Origin: a candidate division TM6 bacterium GW2011_GWE2_36_25
Lineage (GTDB): Bacteria; Babelota; Babeliae; Babelales; UBA12409
NCBI GenBank assembly: GCA_000991575.1
Contig: LBRU01000001.1
Coordinates: 156,996-220,995, forward strand
DNA length: 64,000 nucleotides
Direction of reading: 5' to 3'
Every line of letters begins with the position of its first letter. Positions within the stretch are counted from its first letter, which is position 1. Of the stretch, positions 1 to 9,464 are shown in pieces. The notes under the pieces were generated by a model, which saw only the letters and a program-made list of their open reading frames with translations, was not told the DNA's origin and did not search any database. The position numbers and the translations under genes are program-made.

Positions 1-222
1 TTTGTCTTCATAAATTCGGGGAAGACATGTGTAAATTGAGCCATCATGTAAAAATGTCGAATAAACTCGCCAGGATTGTTCTCTGAAAAGACGGATTTTT
101 TCATCCGAGGACGTATTGTGAATTACTTTTGGTTTACGTTCCGATGCTTCGACTGATTGTTCAGTTTTTATTTGACAATGAAGCAACGTTAACAGGAGAA
201 CGCATAAGCGTTTGTTAATCAT
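1..222 (-). CDS. Partial CDS running off the window edge; predicted secreted hypothetical protein (MINKRLCVLLLTLLHCQIKTEQ...)
   Basis: Manual translation: ATG at 222, open frame to base 1, basic-then-hydrophobic N-terminus. Not in the ORF track because it is truncated. Confidence 0.7.
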   Translation of the reverse strand, partial: MINKRLCVLLLTLLHCQIKTEQSVEASERKPKVIHNTSSDEKIRLFREQSWRVYSTFLHDGSIYTCLPRIYEDK

Positions 223-309
223 AACAAGACCTTTTTTGTTTTAGGGGAGAATATACTAAAAAATATAGTAGTTTTTATAAAAAAGTAAATTGAATAAACG
301 TTAATAATC

Positions 310-528
310 TCATTTTTTATCAAACCTTTCTTCTCGTATGCGACAAAGAGCCAAGATGAAATCTGTCTGATGGGCTAAATTTCTCAATTCTCGAATTTGA
401 CGCATTTTCTCCAGTGAATAACGTCGTCGCTCTTTTGGTTTTGGCTTACTTTTAAGAGTAGAATAAACTGGTGTAAAAAATAAGACAAAAAGCAAGATTG
501 CTAATTTTTTAAAGTACATTTTCTTCAT
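310..528 (-). CDS. Small basic predicted secreted protein (72 aa)
   Basis: ATG overlaps the secA stop (TAATG); N-terminus [18 protein letters not shown] is signal-like. Confidence 0.65.
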   Translation of the reverse strand: MKKMYFKKLAILLFVLFFTPVYSTLKSKPKPKERRRYSLEKMRQIRELRNLAHQTDFILALCRIREERFDKK

Positions 529-2999
529 TAATGTTTTTTATTTTTCTTTTCTCTTCGTTCTGCGTTGTGAGCTTGTGGCCGTTGCTGATTTTTACCGACC
601 ATCATCTGCTCAAGCTCGCGCTTTCTTCTTTCAACGAGTTCATCTTGATTGAAATGCGCTGCATTCAGATGGAAGATGCGATAAACGATTTCCCATTTGA
701 TTTGCTGCATCATGTCTTTGAACATGAAAAAAGCTTCGCGTTTATATTCATAAAGAGGGTTTTTTTGAGCATAACCACGGTAGCCAATTCCTTCTTTTAA
801 ATGATCAATGTTAAGCATGTGTTGTTTCCATGCTTTATCCACTGTTTCAAGCGTGATCCATTTTTCGGCTGCACTGATTTGTCCTTGGTCAAATTTGGCG
901 CGGTAATACTCATAATTTTTTAAAAGAAAGTTAATGAGATCTTTTTTGAATGCATCACTATTTTCAGTGCTTAAGCCAGCGTCTTTAAAATCTTGCATGC
1001 GAATTGCGGTAATTTGGCTGACAAGGTGAAGCACTTTTTCTGATTGCTCATGAGTCAATTTTCTCGTCGGGCAATACTGGGCGATAGCATCTTGAATGAA
1101 GCCAATGATGAGATCAGTAATTAATCCGCGGGTATCATCGCTTTGTTCTAAAATTTGTCGACGGTAATCATAAATAACTTTACGATGCTGATTTATAACA
1201 TCGTCATACTCAAGAAGATGTTTGCGAATTTCAAAGTTGTGTTTTTCAACCTTTTCTTGTGCGCTTTCAATTTTTTTTGAAATAAATTTAGACTCAATCG
1301 TTTCATCTTCTTTCATGCCAAAGCGCTGCATTTTTTCCTTAATGCCGCCAAAAATTCTAATGAGATCATCATCAAGTGATAGATAAAAACGTGATTCTCC
1401 TGGATCCCCTTGGCGACCGGAGCGGCCACGCAATTGGTTGTCGATGCGTCGACTTTCGTGTCGTTCTGTTCCAAGAATGTACAAACCGCCCGCTTTTTTG
1501 GACTCAGGCGTTAACTTGATATCCGTGCCGCGTCCTGCCATATTTGTTGCAATTGTTACATGTCCCGGATGGCCTGCATATTTTATGATTTCAGCTTCTC
1601 GTTCATGATGTTTTGCATTTAACACCTCATGTGGAACACCATGCATTTTCAAAATTTTGCTTAAAAGCTCTGAAGTTTCAACGGCGATCGTGCCAATTAA
1701 AACTGGTTGTCCTTTTTTGTGTCGTTCTTGAATATCCTTAACGACTTCTTTGTATTTGCCTTCTTTGCCTAAGAAAATGAGGTCCGGTTTGTCATCGCGG
1801 ATCATAGCCATATTTGTTGGAATGGATACAACATCGAGTCCATAAATTTTATGAAATTCTTCGGCTTCGGTCATTGCTGTGCCGGTCATACCTGCAAGTT
1901 TTTTGTAAAGGCGGAAATAATTTTGCAAGGTAATTGAGGCAAGTGTTTGGCTTTCTTTTTCAACTTTTACACCTTCTTTTGCCTCTAATGCTTGATGTAA
2001 GCCATCACTATAGCGTCTTCCTGGGAGAACGCGTCCGGTGAATTCATCGACGATAAGAACCTGGCCGTCGCGAACCATATAATCAACATCGCGCTTGAAG
2101 AGTGCGTGCGCTTTCATTGCTTGTGTCACATGGTGCAAAATTTCTAAATTGGTTGGGTCGTAAAGATTTTTTATTTGGAAGAACGGTTCTATTTTATCGA
2201 CACCATTTTCAGTAAGCTGTACTGATCGTGCTTTTTCATCAACTTCAAAATCTTCGCCCTTTTTAAAATTTTTTACTGCTCGATCAGCTTTTTCGTAAAG
2301 TTCGCTTTCTTCGTCTGTTGGGCCTGAAATGATTAATGGTGTACGAGCTTCATCGATTAAGATCGAGTCAACCTCGTCAACGATTGCATAGTTTAAATCA
2401 CGTTGAACATAGTCTTCAAGTCTGAATTTCATGTTGTCGCGTAAATAATCGAAGCCGAACTCGTTATTAGTTCCATAAAGAATATCTGCAGCATAAACTT
2501 TTTTGCGCTCTTCATCTTCCATGTAATTTTGAAGGCATGCAACTTCGGTGCCAAGAAAATTATAGATAGGAGCATTCCATTCTGAGTCACGTTTTGCAAG
2601 GTAATCGTTAACCGTTACCAGGTGTGTACTTTTGCCTGTTAAGGAATTGAGATAGAGCGGCATTGTTGCGACAAGCGTTTTTCCTTCACCCGTTTTCATT
2701 TCAGCTATTTTTCCTTGGTGAAGGACAATTGCGCCCATTAATTGAACATCAAATGGACGCATGCCAAGTTTACGTTTTGAGGCTTCACGTACAACGGCAT
2801 ATGCTTCAGGCAAAAGATCATCTAAAGATTCGCCTTTTGCAAGACGTTCTTTGAATTCGAGTGTTTTTGCAGATAATTTTTCATCTGGTAAAGCTTGCAT
2901 TGAAGGTTCAAGTTCATTTATTTTTTTTACGATTGGCATCAAACGTTTGAGCTCACGTTCATTTGCGCTGCCGAATATTTTTCTTAAAAATGTAATCAT
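528..2999 (-). CDS. secA: Preprotein translocase ATPase SecA
   Basis: EMKTGEGKT Walker [50 protein letters not shown]. Confidence 0.99.
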   Translation of the reverse strand: MITFLRKIFGSANERELKRLMPIVKKINELEPSMQALPDEKLSAKTLEFKERLAKGESLDDLLPEAYAVVREASKRKLGMRPFDVQLMGAIVLHQGKIAEMKTGEGKTLVATMPLYLNSLTGKSTHLVTVNDYLAKRDSEWNAPIYNFLGTEVACLQNYMEDEERKKVYAADILYGTNNEFGFDYLRDNMKFRLEDYVQRDLNYAIVDEVDSILIDEARTPLIISGPTDEESELYEKADRAVKNFKKGEDFEVDEKARSVQLTENGVDKIEPFFQIKNLYDPTNLEILHHVTQAMKAHALFKRDVDYMVRDGQVLIVDEFTGRVLPGRRYSDGLHQALEAKEGVKVEKESQTLASITLQNYFRLYKKLAGMTGTAMTEAEEFHKIYGLDVVSIPTNMAMIRDDKPDLIFLGKEGKYKEVVKDIQERHKKGQPVLIGTIAVETSELLSKILKMHGVPHEVLNAKHHEREAEIIKYAGHPGHVTIATNMAGRGTDIKLTPESKKAGGLYILGTERHESRRIDNQLRGRSGRQGDPGESRFYLSLDDDLIRIFGGIKEKMQRFGMKEDETIESKFISKKIESAQEKVEKHNFEIRKHLLEYDDVINQHRKVIYDYRRQILEQSDDTRGLITDLIIGFIQDAIAQYCPTRKLTHEQSEKVLHLVSQITAIRMQDFKDAGLSTENSDAFKKDLINFLLKNYEYYRAKFDQGQISAAEKWITLETVDKAWKQHMLNIDHLKEGIGYRGYAQKNPLYEYKREAFFMFKDMMQQIKWEIVYRIFHLNAAHFNQDELVERRKRELEQMMVGKNQQRPQAHNAERREKKNKKH

Positions 3000-3065
3000 A
3001 AATTTTCCTATAGCTCCCTTCTTGCCAGTTAATCAATATAACTAGGTCCCACACTACTACTCGCA

Positions 3066-3719
3066 TTAGTTTAACCAAATTATACTCATCTGGCGAGTAT
3101 AATCACCAGGCTTTTTTCTGTAAGAACAAAATCGATCATTACATATGGTGCATTCATTATATGATTTATCGATTTGTTTATGTGTTATTCCCAACTCTTT
3201 GAGAAGTAATTCGTTGCAAAGAGTGAGGTTAAAGCAATTATTTTTTAGAGCTGCCGTTGCCCATGCTGGCAGTTGATTTATAAAGGGCTCACTTATTTCA
3301 TAGCAGCACGATAAAGCACATGGACCAAAAAAGATGCGCAAATCTTGTGGTGTTGTTTTAAATATTTGGTTCATATGAGTGATTGTATTGAGAATAATTC
3401 TTTCAACGGTTCCACGCCATCCGGCATGAACAACACCGATAGAATCATTTTTTGTATCAACCAGAATGATTGGCAGGCAATCTGCGGTTAAAACACCAAT
3501 GCCAATTTGAGAAAGATTTGTAATTAGATAATCACTGTCATAAGTTAAACATGGTTGATATTGACCTAAGTTTTCCTTTGTTATCGCTAGTCCCATGTTT
3601 CCATGAACTTGATGTTGAAATATTACCGGAATATTGTCATGGCTAAAGAGTTTATTTTTTATATCAGTTGGATTTACGCAGTTTTTTTTATCATAAAATT
3701 TTATCGAAAATTTATTCAT
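3066..3719 (-). CDS. pgeF: Peptidoglycan editing factor PgeF / YfiH-like purine nucleoside phosphorylase (laccase domain)
   Basis: QHQVHG, DSDYLITN, VLTADCLPI, VVHAGWRG, GPCALSCCYE, CTIC, FCSYRK. Start placed at the MNKF ATG (3719); the ORF track extends to 3809. Confidence 0.9.
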   Translation of the reverse strand: MNKFSIKFYDKKNCVNPTDIKNKLFSHDNIPVIFQHQVHGNMGLAITKENLGQYQPCLTYDSDYLITNLSQIGIGVLTADCLPIILVDTKNDSIGVVHAGWRGTVERIILNTITHMNQIFKTTPQDLRIFFGPCALSCCYEISEPFINQLPAWATAALKNNCFNLTLCNELLLKELGITHKQIDKSYNECTICNDRFCSYRKKPGDYTRQMSIIWLN

Positions 3720-3840
3720 TAATCTTAACTTAATTAAGGTTATTATGCAGCCACCATGTCGCCTTAACATGGCGACCGTATTGAAATTTTTAACGTTATT
3801 ATAACGCACTTTTTAAAGAAATTAATTCTTTGATGATTTT

Positions 3841-5616
3841 TTAATCGATTATCGTAATTTCACCCTTAAGAAGTGCTTGATAATATTTTGATTTTTCTTT
3901 AAGAACGTCTGGGGGGTAAAATCTCATTTTTTTAGTTTCTTTGGTCAAAGAAATATCAAGAAGTCCTGATGCATCTTTGATAGTGTGTAATCGGTGTGCA
4001 ATAACAAATGTTGCAGCCTTGTTTGCAAGTTCACCAATCATATTGGTAATAGCTGTTTCGCTTACTTCATCAAGACTGCTTGTTGGTTCATCCATTAAAA
4101 TAAGAATTGACTCGTAATATTTGGCGCGCAGATAAACACTTGCGAAATTAAATCTTTGTCGTTGACCACCGGAAAGGGTAAAGCCTCCTTCGCCAATGAA
4201 TGTATCAAGACCTTCTTTATCGTTAAAAATTTTCCAAAGACCGACTTTTTTAAGAACTTCTTTCAATTCTTTGTCGGAATAAATTAACTTTTCGTGTGGC
4301 ATCCCGAATAAAAGGTTGTAGCGAACGCTTCCGCGCATGGTTGTAGCTGTTTGGTTTTGAATGGTAATCAGTGTTCGGCGGGCATAATCGTCAATTGCGT
4401 AGATATCAATGCCATTTAACATGACGGAGCCTTCTTGAGGTTTTAATTGACCACCCAGAATGGAGAGTAATGTTGTTTTTCCGACACCCGATGGGCCAAT
4501 GATGCCATAAAGTTTATTTTTTTGTGTGTAAGGGACAGTAAGAAGTAGTGAGTGGTCATTAAAAATTTGAGCATTAACATTGTATCTAAACTTGAGTTTT
4601 CGTGCTTCGATGGTGGTGCTGACTTTTTTATTGAGAGGCAATTCAAAGCGATGCTCACCAAGTACAGGAAAAGTCTGTTTGCCAAAGGATTGTAGAAAGG
4701 CAAATAGATCCTTAATGCGATCAATGTGGGTTACAAACCAATAGACGCGGCGCCCGACTTTGGTGATATCGTACGTGCCACGGAAGAATGTAATGATTAA
4801 ACCGATTGCACTGATAGTAGTTATTGATCCTTGCGTTGCATCTTTAAGCATGATAGCGCAGACGATGAAAAGGATAATGAGGTAAAGAATACGCATAATG
4901 GTGTTCATGAGGTAAAAAGAGCACCATGCCGCACGTTCAACAAAGATGCTTTTATTGGTAACTTGTCTCAGGCGTCGATTTGCTTCGTTGCCTGCAAAGG
5001 TTGAACGAATTAAGGTAATTTGTGCTAAATTTTCTATGCCGACATTTTTGACGCGGTCTTCTGCTTCTATTGTTTTTGCGATAAATGCTTGATTATTTAA
5101 AATATAGCTGTAAATACCAAAGGCGAGAAGAAGAATAACCAGACCAGTGGCGATTAAGCCTAAATTAATATTAGCTTGAATAACAGCAATCAAAGCCGTA
5201 ATGGTTCCGGCGAGCATAAACAAGAGATCGTGGATGCCGATTTCAATAATTTGCTGATACGAATCTTGTGCGCGGTCAATTTTTGCTATTATTTTGCCGG
5301 TTGCGCGCGTTGAGTGAAAAATTGGATCAATTTTAATAAGCAATTGGTTTGCATAGTATTGAATGCTTTGCATGCTTAAAAAAAGCTGAGCGAAGCTGAA
5401 GTCTGAAAAGTAATCAAAAATAAGTAAGACGCCCCATATTATTGTAAAATATAAAAGATAATCAAAGCGTAAGGTTTCGAAGATTTTACTCAAAAAAATA
5501 GGTGTTAGGGTGCCAAAAACGCGACGGATAAGTTGTGGAATAATAATTAAAAGAAGCCTTGTTTTTTGATTGGCGAGCAGTTTCCACCAGGGCTCATCAA
5601 AATTTATGGGGATCAA
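3841..5616 (-). CDS. ABC transporter, fused permease/ATP-binding (exporter type)
   Basis: N-terminal TM helices; GPSGVGKT, LSGGQRQR, ILMDEPTSSLD, IAHRL. The true start may be 28 codons upstream (see findings). Confidence 0.93.
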   Translation of the reverse strand: MIPINFDEPWWKLLANQKTRLLLIIIPQLIRRVFGTLTPIFLSKIFETLRFDYLLYFTIIWGVLLIFDYFSDFSFAQLFLSMQSIQYYANQLLIKIDPIFHSTRATGKIIAKIDRAQDSYQQIIEIGIHDLLFMLAGTITALIAVIQANINLGLIATGLVILLLAFGIYSYILNNQAFIAKTIEAEDRVKNVGIENLAQITLIRSTFAGNEANRRLRQVTNKSIFVERAAWCSFYLMNTIMRILYLIILFIVCAIMLKDATQGSITTISAIGLIITFFRGTYDITKVGRRVYWFVTHIDRIKDLFAFLQSFGKQTFPVLGEHRFELPLNKKVSTTIEARKLKFRYNVNAQIFNDHSLLLTVPYTQKNKLYGIIGPSGVGKTTLLSILGGQLKPQEGSVMLNGIDIYAIDDYARRTLITIQNQTATTMRGSVRYNLLFGMPHEKLIYSDKELKEVLKKVGLWKIFNDKEGLDTFIGEGGFTLSGGQRQRFNFASVYLRAKYYESILILMDEPTSSLDEVSETAITNMIGELANKAATFVIAHRLHTIKDASGLLDISLTKETKKMRFYPPDVLKEKSKYYQALLKGEITIID

Positions 5617-5778
5617 GCACTTAAATTTTTTAAAATTAAATAAATAGTAAAAAAAATGGTAGTAACGTTCTTTGAGTAAACCTGCTTTTTCTTGTGCGAT
5701 GGGAGCTCCTCTCTTTTTGCTAAAAATTTATAATCCTTTCAAATTTAAAACAGATTATGTGTGTATTCAATAGATTAT

Positions 5779-5803
5779 AAAAAAAATACAGCCAAAAGGC
5801 TGT
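5779..5803 (-). terminator. Intrinsic terminator after tRNA-fMet
   Basis: CAGCC-aaaa-GGCTG stem followed by a U-tract on the minus strand. Confidence 0.5.
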
Positions 5804-5823
5804 TATTCATAAAAAAGAGTTTT

Positions 5824-5900
5824 TGGTTGCGGGGGTTGGATTCGAACCAACGACCTCTGGGTTATGAGCCCAACGAGCTACCTGACTGCTCCACCCCGCG
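5824..5900 (-). tRNA. tRNA-fMet (CAT), initiator
   Basis: Reverse complement CGCGGGGTGGAGCAGTCAGGTAGCTCGTTGGGCTCATAACCCAGAGGTCGTTGGTTCGAATCCAACCCCCGCAACCA: C1:A72 mismatch, three G:C pairs in the anticodon stem, TTCGAAT T-loop, encoded CCA. Confidence 0.97.
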
Positions 5901-5999
5901 GCTTACATCATATATACTAAGGCTCTTTTGACAACTTGTCAACCGCAATTTGGAATTTTTTATTTTTAAAATAACTTTTTTTCGGCTTTTAAAAATAAA

Positions 6000-7694
6000 T
6001 TAAAATGAAGAGGGAGTTCTTCCTACGTGCAGTTCTTCTTCAATTTCTTGGTCGCGCAGGGAAATAGAATCAGAACTTTTAAGGAATGTGAGCTTGTTTT
6101 TGAACAGTGTTGAAAGTTTTGAAAGAATACCCTCTTTGTCGTCTTTGTGAACATAAAGATCTTCTATTGCGTCATTTGATTTGTGGCAAATTCCTGAAAT
6201 ATGGTAGTCGTGCTCTACGTTTGGCAATTTACTTCGTGCATGAAAAAGTTCTCCAACTCCTCCTGCGAGTTCTACAATTGTGTTATAAGGAGGAATAAAA
6301 ATGACATTGTCATCTTGTACAAAGTCTTTATGATAATCCCGCTTGGGGATTGCAAGTGTGATGCATATATTGCGATTTTTGCTTAAATAAAAAGTTGTAG
6401 CGCCACGGTCTCCGCCAAATCCTGCAAATAAGCTTACACCAAAAGAGAGGGAGTGTGGTCTTTTGTCTTTATAGGGCATGAGAATGTATTTTTTGTCGTC
6501 TAAAGTGAATATTTTTTCAGCGCGGTAAATATTGAAATCGTCATTTTTTTCAGAGGAATATTCTGATTCAAGTGTTGCATTCAGTAAAAGCTTCGCTTGC
6601 TTGGTATTTAAATCTTCAAGAATATGGTAGGGGGTGCGTACATGTATTGATTCGTACGGTTTGCGAACAAACCAGAAAGAACGTGGATCATGGCTTGTTG
6701 GTGTGTATTCAGCTTTTTCTTCAATTGAGTCGAGGCTGTGGCTACTAATGATAATATGGTGTTTTGGGTTTTTTAAATTGTTTGCTATTTTTTTTCTAAT
6801 TAATTTTAGAGTTTTTTTTGCGCCTAAAAAGGGCAGCTGAAGTTTATCCCCGCTCTTATCAAGATAGTTAACAATGAGAGCGCCTAATTCTTTGTTTATT
6901 GCATAATGGCCATCAGCTACATTTTTATGGCGGTTAAGTAATAATGCATCTTTATAAAGTTCTTGATCGTTATAGATTTGAGTTATCGTTTTGAGTGGTC
7001 GAGGAAGACTGGTGGTTAGAGGGCTTCTTCTGTGTGCAGAGCTTCTAAAATCTCCAAGTGCATTCATTCCTCCATGTAACGCTCCCATTTGGGATAAAAT
7101 ATGCAAATGCGGCAAGAGAATTTCGGTATAAATTTTATTAATAAGTTCATATTGTTCTTTTTTATCACCTTCATCGTTATAAAAATTAAAAACCACCGCC
7201 TTGTTAGCAAGTGCAACTTTTATATTTTTGAATTCTTCATCAGACAATATTGTTGTGAGTGGATGAAAGCTTTTTTTCATTTGATCATTAAAATCTTCAA
7301 CGGTGATATCGGTTTCTTCTTTGAGGTGTTTTAAAAAAAACTCAATGATTGATTCAGCCCATAAATCAAGTGTTCTATCGGTATATTTTTCGAGAATAAA
7401 TAGTTCATAAAGAACTGTAGGAACAAACGCAACGCAATATGAATGATTGAATATTTTTAGTTTATATTCTAGAAAGTCTCGTTCTGAGGCATCAATTTCT
7501 TCTGGGTGAACATTATTTAATGGATTTGTACACATTGGAAATTGGTATTTCATCAATGTGGGATAAATCTCTTTTTCATGTTCATCGTGTGTAGGTAATT
7601 TTATTGAATCGCCTACTTTCTTATAAACAAGATATTCAGACTTAATAGTAAAAATTGATAAGCATGCAAAAATAATTGCTAAAATTTTCTTCAT
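6000..7694 (-). CDS. Secreted hypothetical protein (564 aa); C-terminal region tentatively ADP-ribosyltransferase-like
   Basis: Long ORF with RBS and signal peptide MKKILAIIFACLSIFTIKS; IYR...SLSF...GELFH pattern near the C-terminus (tentative). Confidence 0.75.
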   Translation of the reverse strand: MKKILAIIFACLSIFTIKSEYLVYKKVGDSIKLPTHDEHEKEIYPTLMKYQFPMCTNPLNNVHPEEIDASERDFLEYKLKIFNHSYCVAFVPTVLYELFILEKYTDRTLDLWAESIIEFFLKHLKEETDITVEDFNDQMKKSFHPLTTILSDEEFKNIKVALANKAVVFNFYNDEGDKKEQYELINKIYTEILLPHLHILSQMGALHGGMNALGDFRSSAHRRSPLTTSLPRPLKTITQIYNDQELYKDALLLNRHKNVADGHYAINKELGALIVNYLDKSGDKLQLPFLGAKKTLKLIRKKIANNLKNPKHHIIISSHSLDSIEEKAEYTPTSHDPRSFWFVRKPYESIHVRTPYHILEDLNTKQAKLLLNATLESEYSSEKNDDFNIYRAEKIFTLDDKKYILMPYKDKRPHSLSFGVSLFAGFGGDRGATTFYLSKNRNICITLAIPKRDYHKDFVQDDNVIFIPPYNTIVELAGGVGELFHARSKLPNVEHDYHISGICHKSNDAIEDLYVHKDDKEGILSKLSTLFKNKLTFLKSSDSISLRDQEIEEELHVGRTPSSF

Positions 7695-7750
7695 TAAAGG
7701 ATAACCTCCGATGCTTTAATGATATCAGAAAATTTCAAACTGTCAAGTTT

Positions 7751-9298
7751 TTATTGGGTTTTAAGCTTATCAAGAGTGTTTTCAAGTGATCGATAGGTGA
7801 TCGCTTCCTGTATGTGGGACAATGAAATAGTCTCTTTTTGATCTAAATCAGCGATGGTGCGGCCTATTTTAAGTATTTTGTGGTATCCTCGCATGCTCAG
7901 ACTAAGTCGTTCAAATGCTTGTTTGAGGGCATTTTCGGCTGCATCTTCCAAAATACAATATTTTTCAACCTCATCGGTTGTCATGCTATTGTTAAAGCGA
8001 TGGGGGCCAAATCGTTTTTCTTGTTGTTCAAGAGCTATTTTTATCTGGTTATAGAGTTTTTCAGAAGAATTTTCAGATGGTTGCTTTTTGATATCATCGT
8101 AATCGATAGCTTGTACATGAATTTGTAGATCTATGCGATCAAGTAAGGGTCCGGAAAGTTTTTGTAAGTAGCGATAAATATCATTTTGTTTGCAAGTGCA
8201 AGGACGCTTCTTGTCTCCTAAAAAGCCGCAAGGGCATGGATTGAGGGCTGCAACTAATAATATTGATGCAGGAAAGGTGATTGTCTGATTTGCTCGGGCG
8301 ATTGAAACGTTTTTGTTTTCAAGGGGTTGGCGTAAAACTTCGAGAGTGTGTCGTTTAAATTCAGTTAATTCGTCCAGAAAAAGAATGCCATTATGGGCTA
8401 GGCTGATTTCACCAGGTTGCGGGTATGTTCCGCCGCCGACGAGTCCTGCCTCCGAGATCGTGTGATGGGGTGCTCGAAAAGGCCGTTGATAAATAAGAGC
8501 TTGTTGATTGCTTAATTTGCCCGTTATTGAATAAATTTTACTTGTTTCAAGGATTTCTTTGAATGTGAGTGGTGGCATAATAGTAGGCAGTCTTTGAGCG
8601 AGCATGGTTTTTCCCGCGCCGGGCGAGCCAATAAAGAGAATATTGTGCCTTCCTGCTGCAGCAATTTGTAATGCGCGTTTTGCTTGTTTTTGACCTTTGA
8701 CCTGAGAAAAATCAATGAGATATTGTTGTTTTTGCTGAACTAAATGATGCCATGTTGACGGCGTTGGTATAATGTTTCTTTCCTTGCGCGCATAAGCAAT
8801 AAATTCAGTTAAGGTCTTAATGCCGATGATTTCAATATCAGTAATTAAAGAGGCTTCTTGCGTGTTTTCTTTTGGGAGAACAATACGTTTTTTGTTGAGA
8901 TATTCTTTTGAATCAAAGGTGATTGCAAGGGCTCCCTTGATGGGGCGTACGGTGCCATCGAGAGATAATTCACCAAGAAATAGTGTATCTTCGATAAAAT
9001 TTTTTTCTAAATTAATAAGACCGGTTGCTTGTAAAATACCTACTGCAATAGGGAGATCGAACAGCGTTCCTTCTTTTTTTAAATCTGCAGGAGCAAGATT
9101 AACCGTAATTTTACGATCAGGTAATCGAATGCCGCTATTTTTGAGAGCTGTTGAAATTCGTTGTCGACTCTCTTTTATTGCCATATCAGGTAAGCCAACG
9201 ATGAAAAAATTAATGAGTCCAAGGGCGATATCGACTTCGACCTGCACTTCTTTGGCATCAACGCCAATGGTGGTTGCTGAAAATATTTTTGCATGCAT
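7751..9298 (-). CDS. comM: YifB/ComM family Mg-chelatase-like AAA+ ATPase
   Basis: VGLPD..IKESRQR, ITVNLAPADLKKEG, GSPGAGKT, FRAPHHT, PGEISLAHNGILFLDE, CPCG, LSGPLLDRID. Confidence 0.97.
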   Translation of the reverse strand: MHAKIFSATTIGVDAKEVQVEVDIALGLINFFIVGLPDMAIKESRQRISTALKNSGIRLPDRKITVNLAPADLKKEGTLFDLPIAVGILQATGLINLEKNFIEDTLFLGELSLDGTVRPIKGALAITFDSKEYLNKKRIVLPKENTQEASLITDIEIIGIKTLTEFIAYARKERNIIPTPSTWHHLVQQKQQYLIDFSQVKGQKQAKRALQIAAAGRHNILFIGSPGAGKTMLAQRLPTIMPPLTFKEILETSKIYSITGKLSNQQALIYQRPFRAPHHTISEAGLVGGGTYPQPGEISLAHNGILFLDELTEFKRHTLEVLRQPLENKNVSIARANQTITFPASILLVAALNPCPCGFLGDKKRPCTCKQNDIYRYLQKLSGPLLDRIDLQIHVQAIDYDDIKKQPSENSSEKLYNQIKIALEQQEKRFGPHRFNNSMTTDEVEKYCILEDAAENALKQAFERLSLSMRGYHKILKIGRTIADLDQKETISLSHIQEAITYRSLENTLDKLKTQ

Positions 9299-9464
9299 AA
9301 TTTTTATTTGATCAATTTAAATAAAAAATAAAACGTAATTTTTCTGACTGTGTTTTTATAAGCTTATTCATTTTGATTTATCTGTAAAGTGTTATACAAT
9401 TAATAACGTTTATTGATATCTTGATTTGGCGCTGTTTATATTCGAATTTCTCTGGGGATTTTTT

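Noticed and set aside
5928-5942. Palindrome TTGACA-ACT-TGTCAA upstream of tRNA-fMet as an operator
   Set aside because: It coincides with the expected sigma70 -35 box of the tRNA promoter, and I found no second copy.
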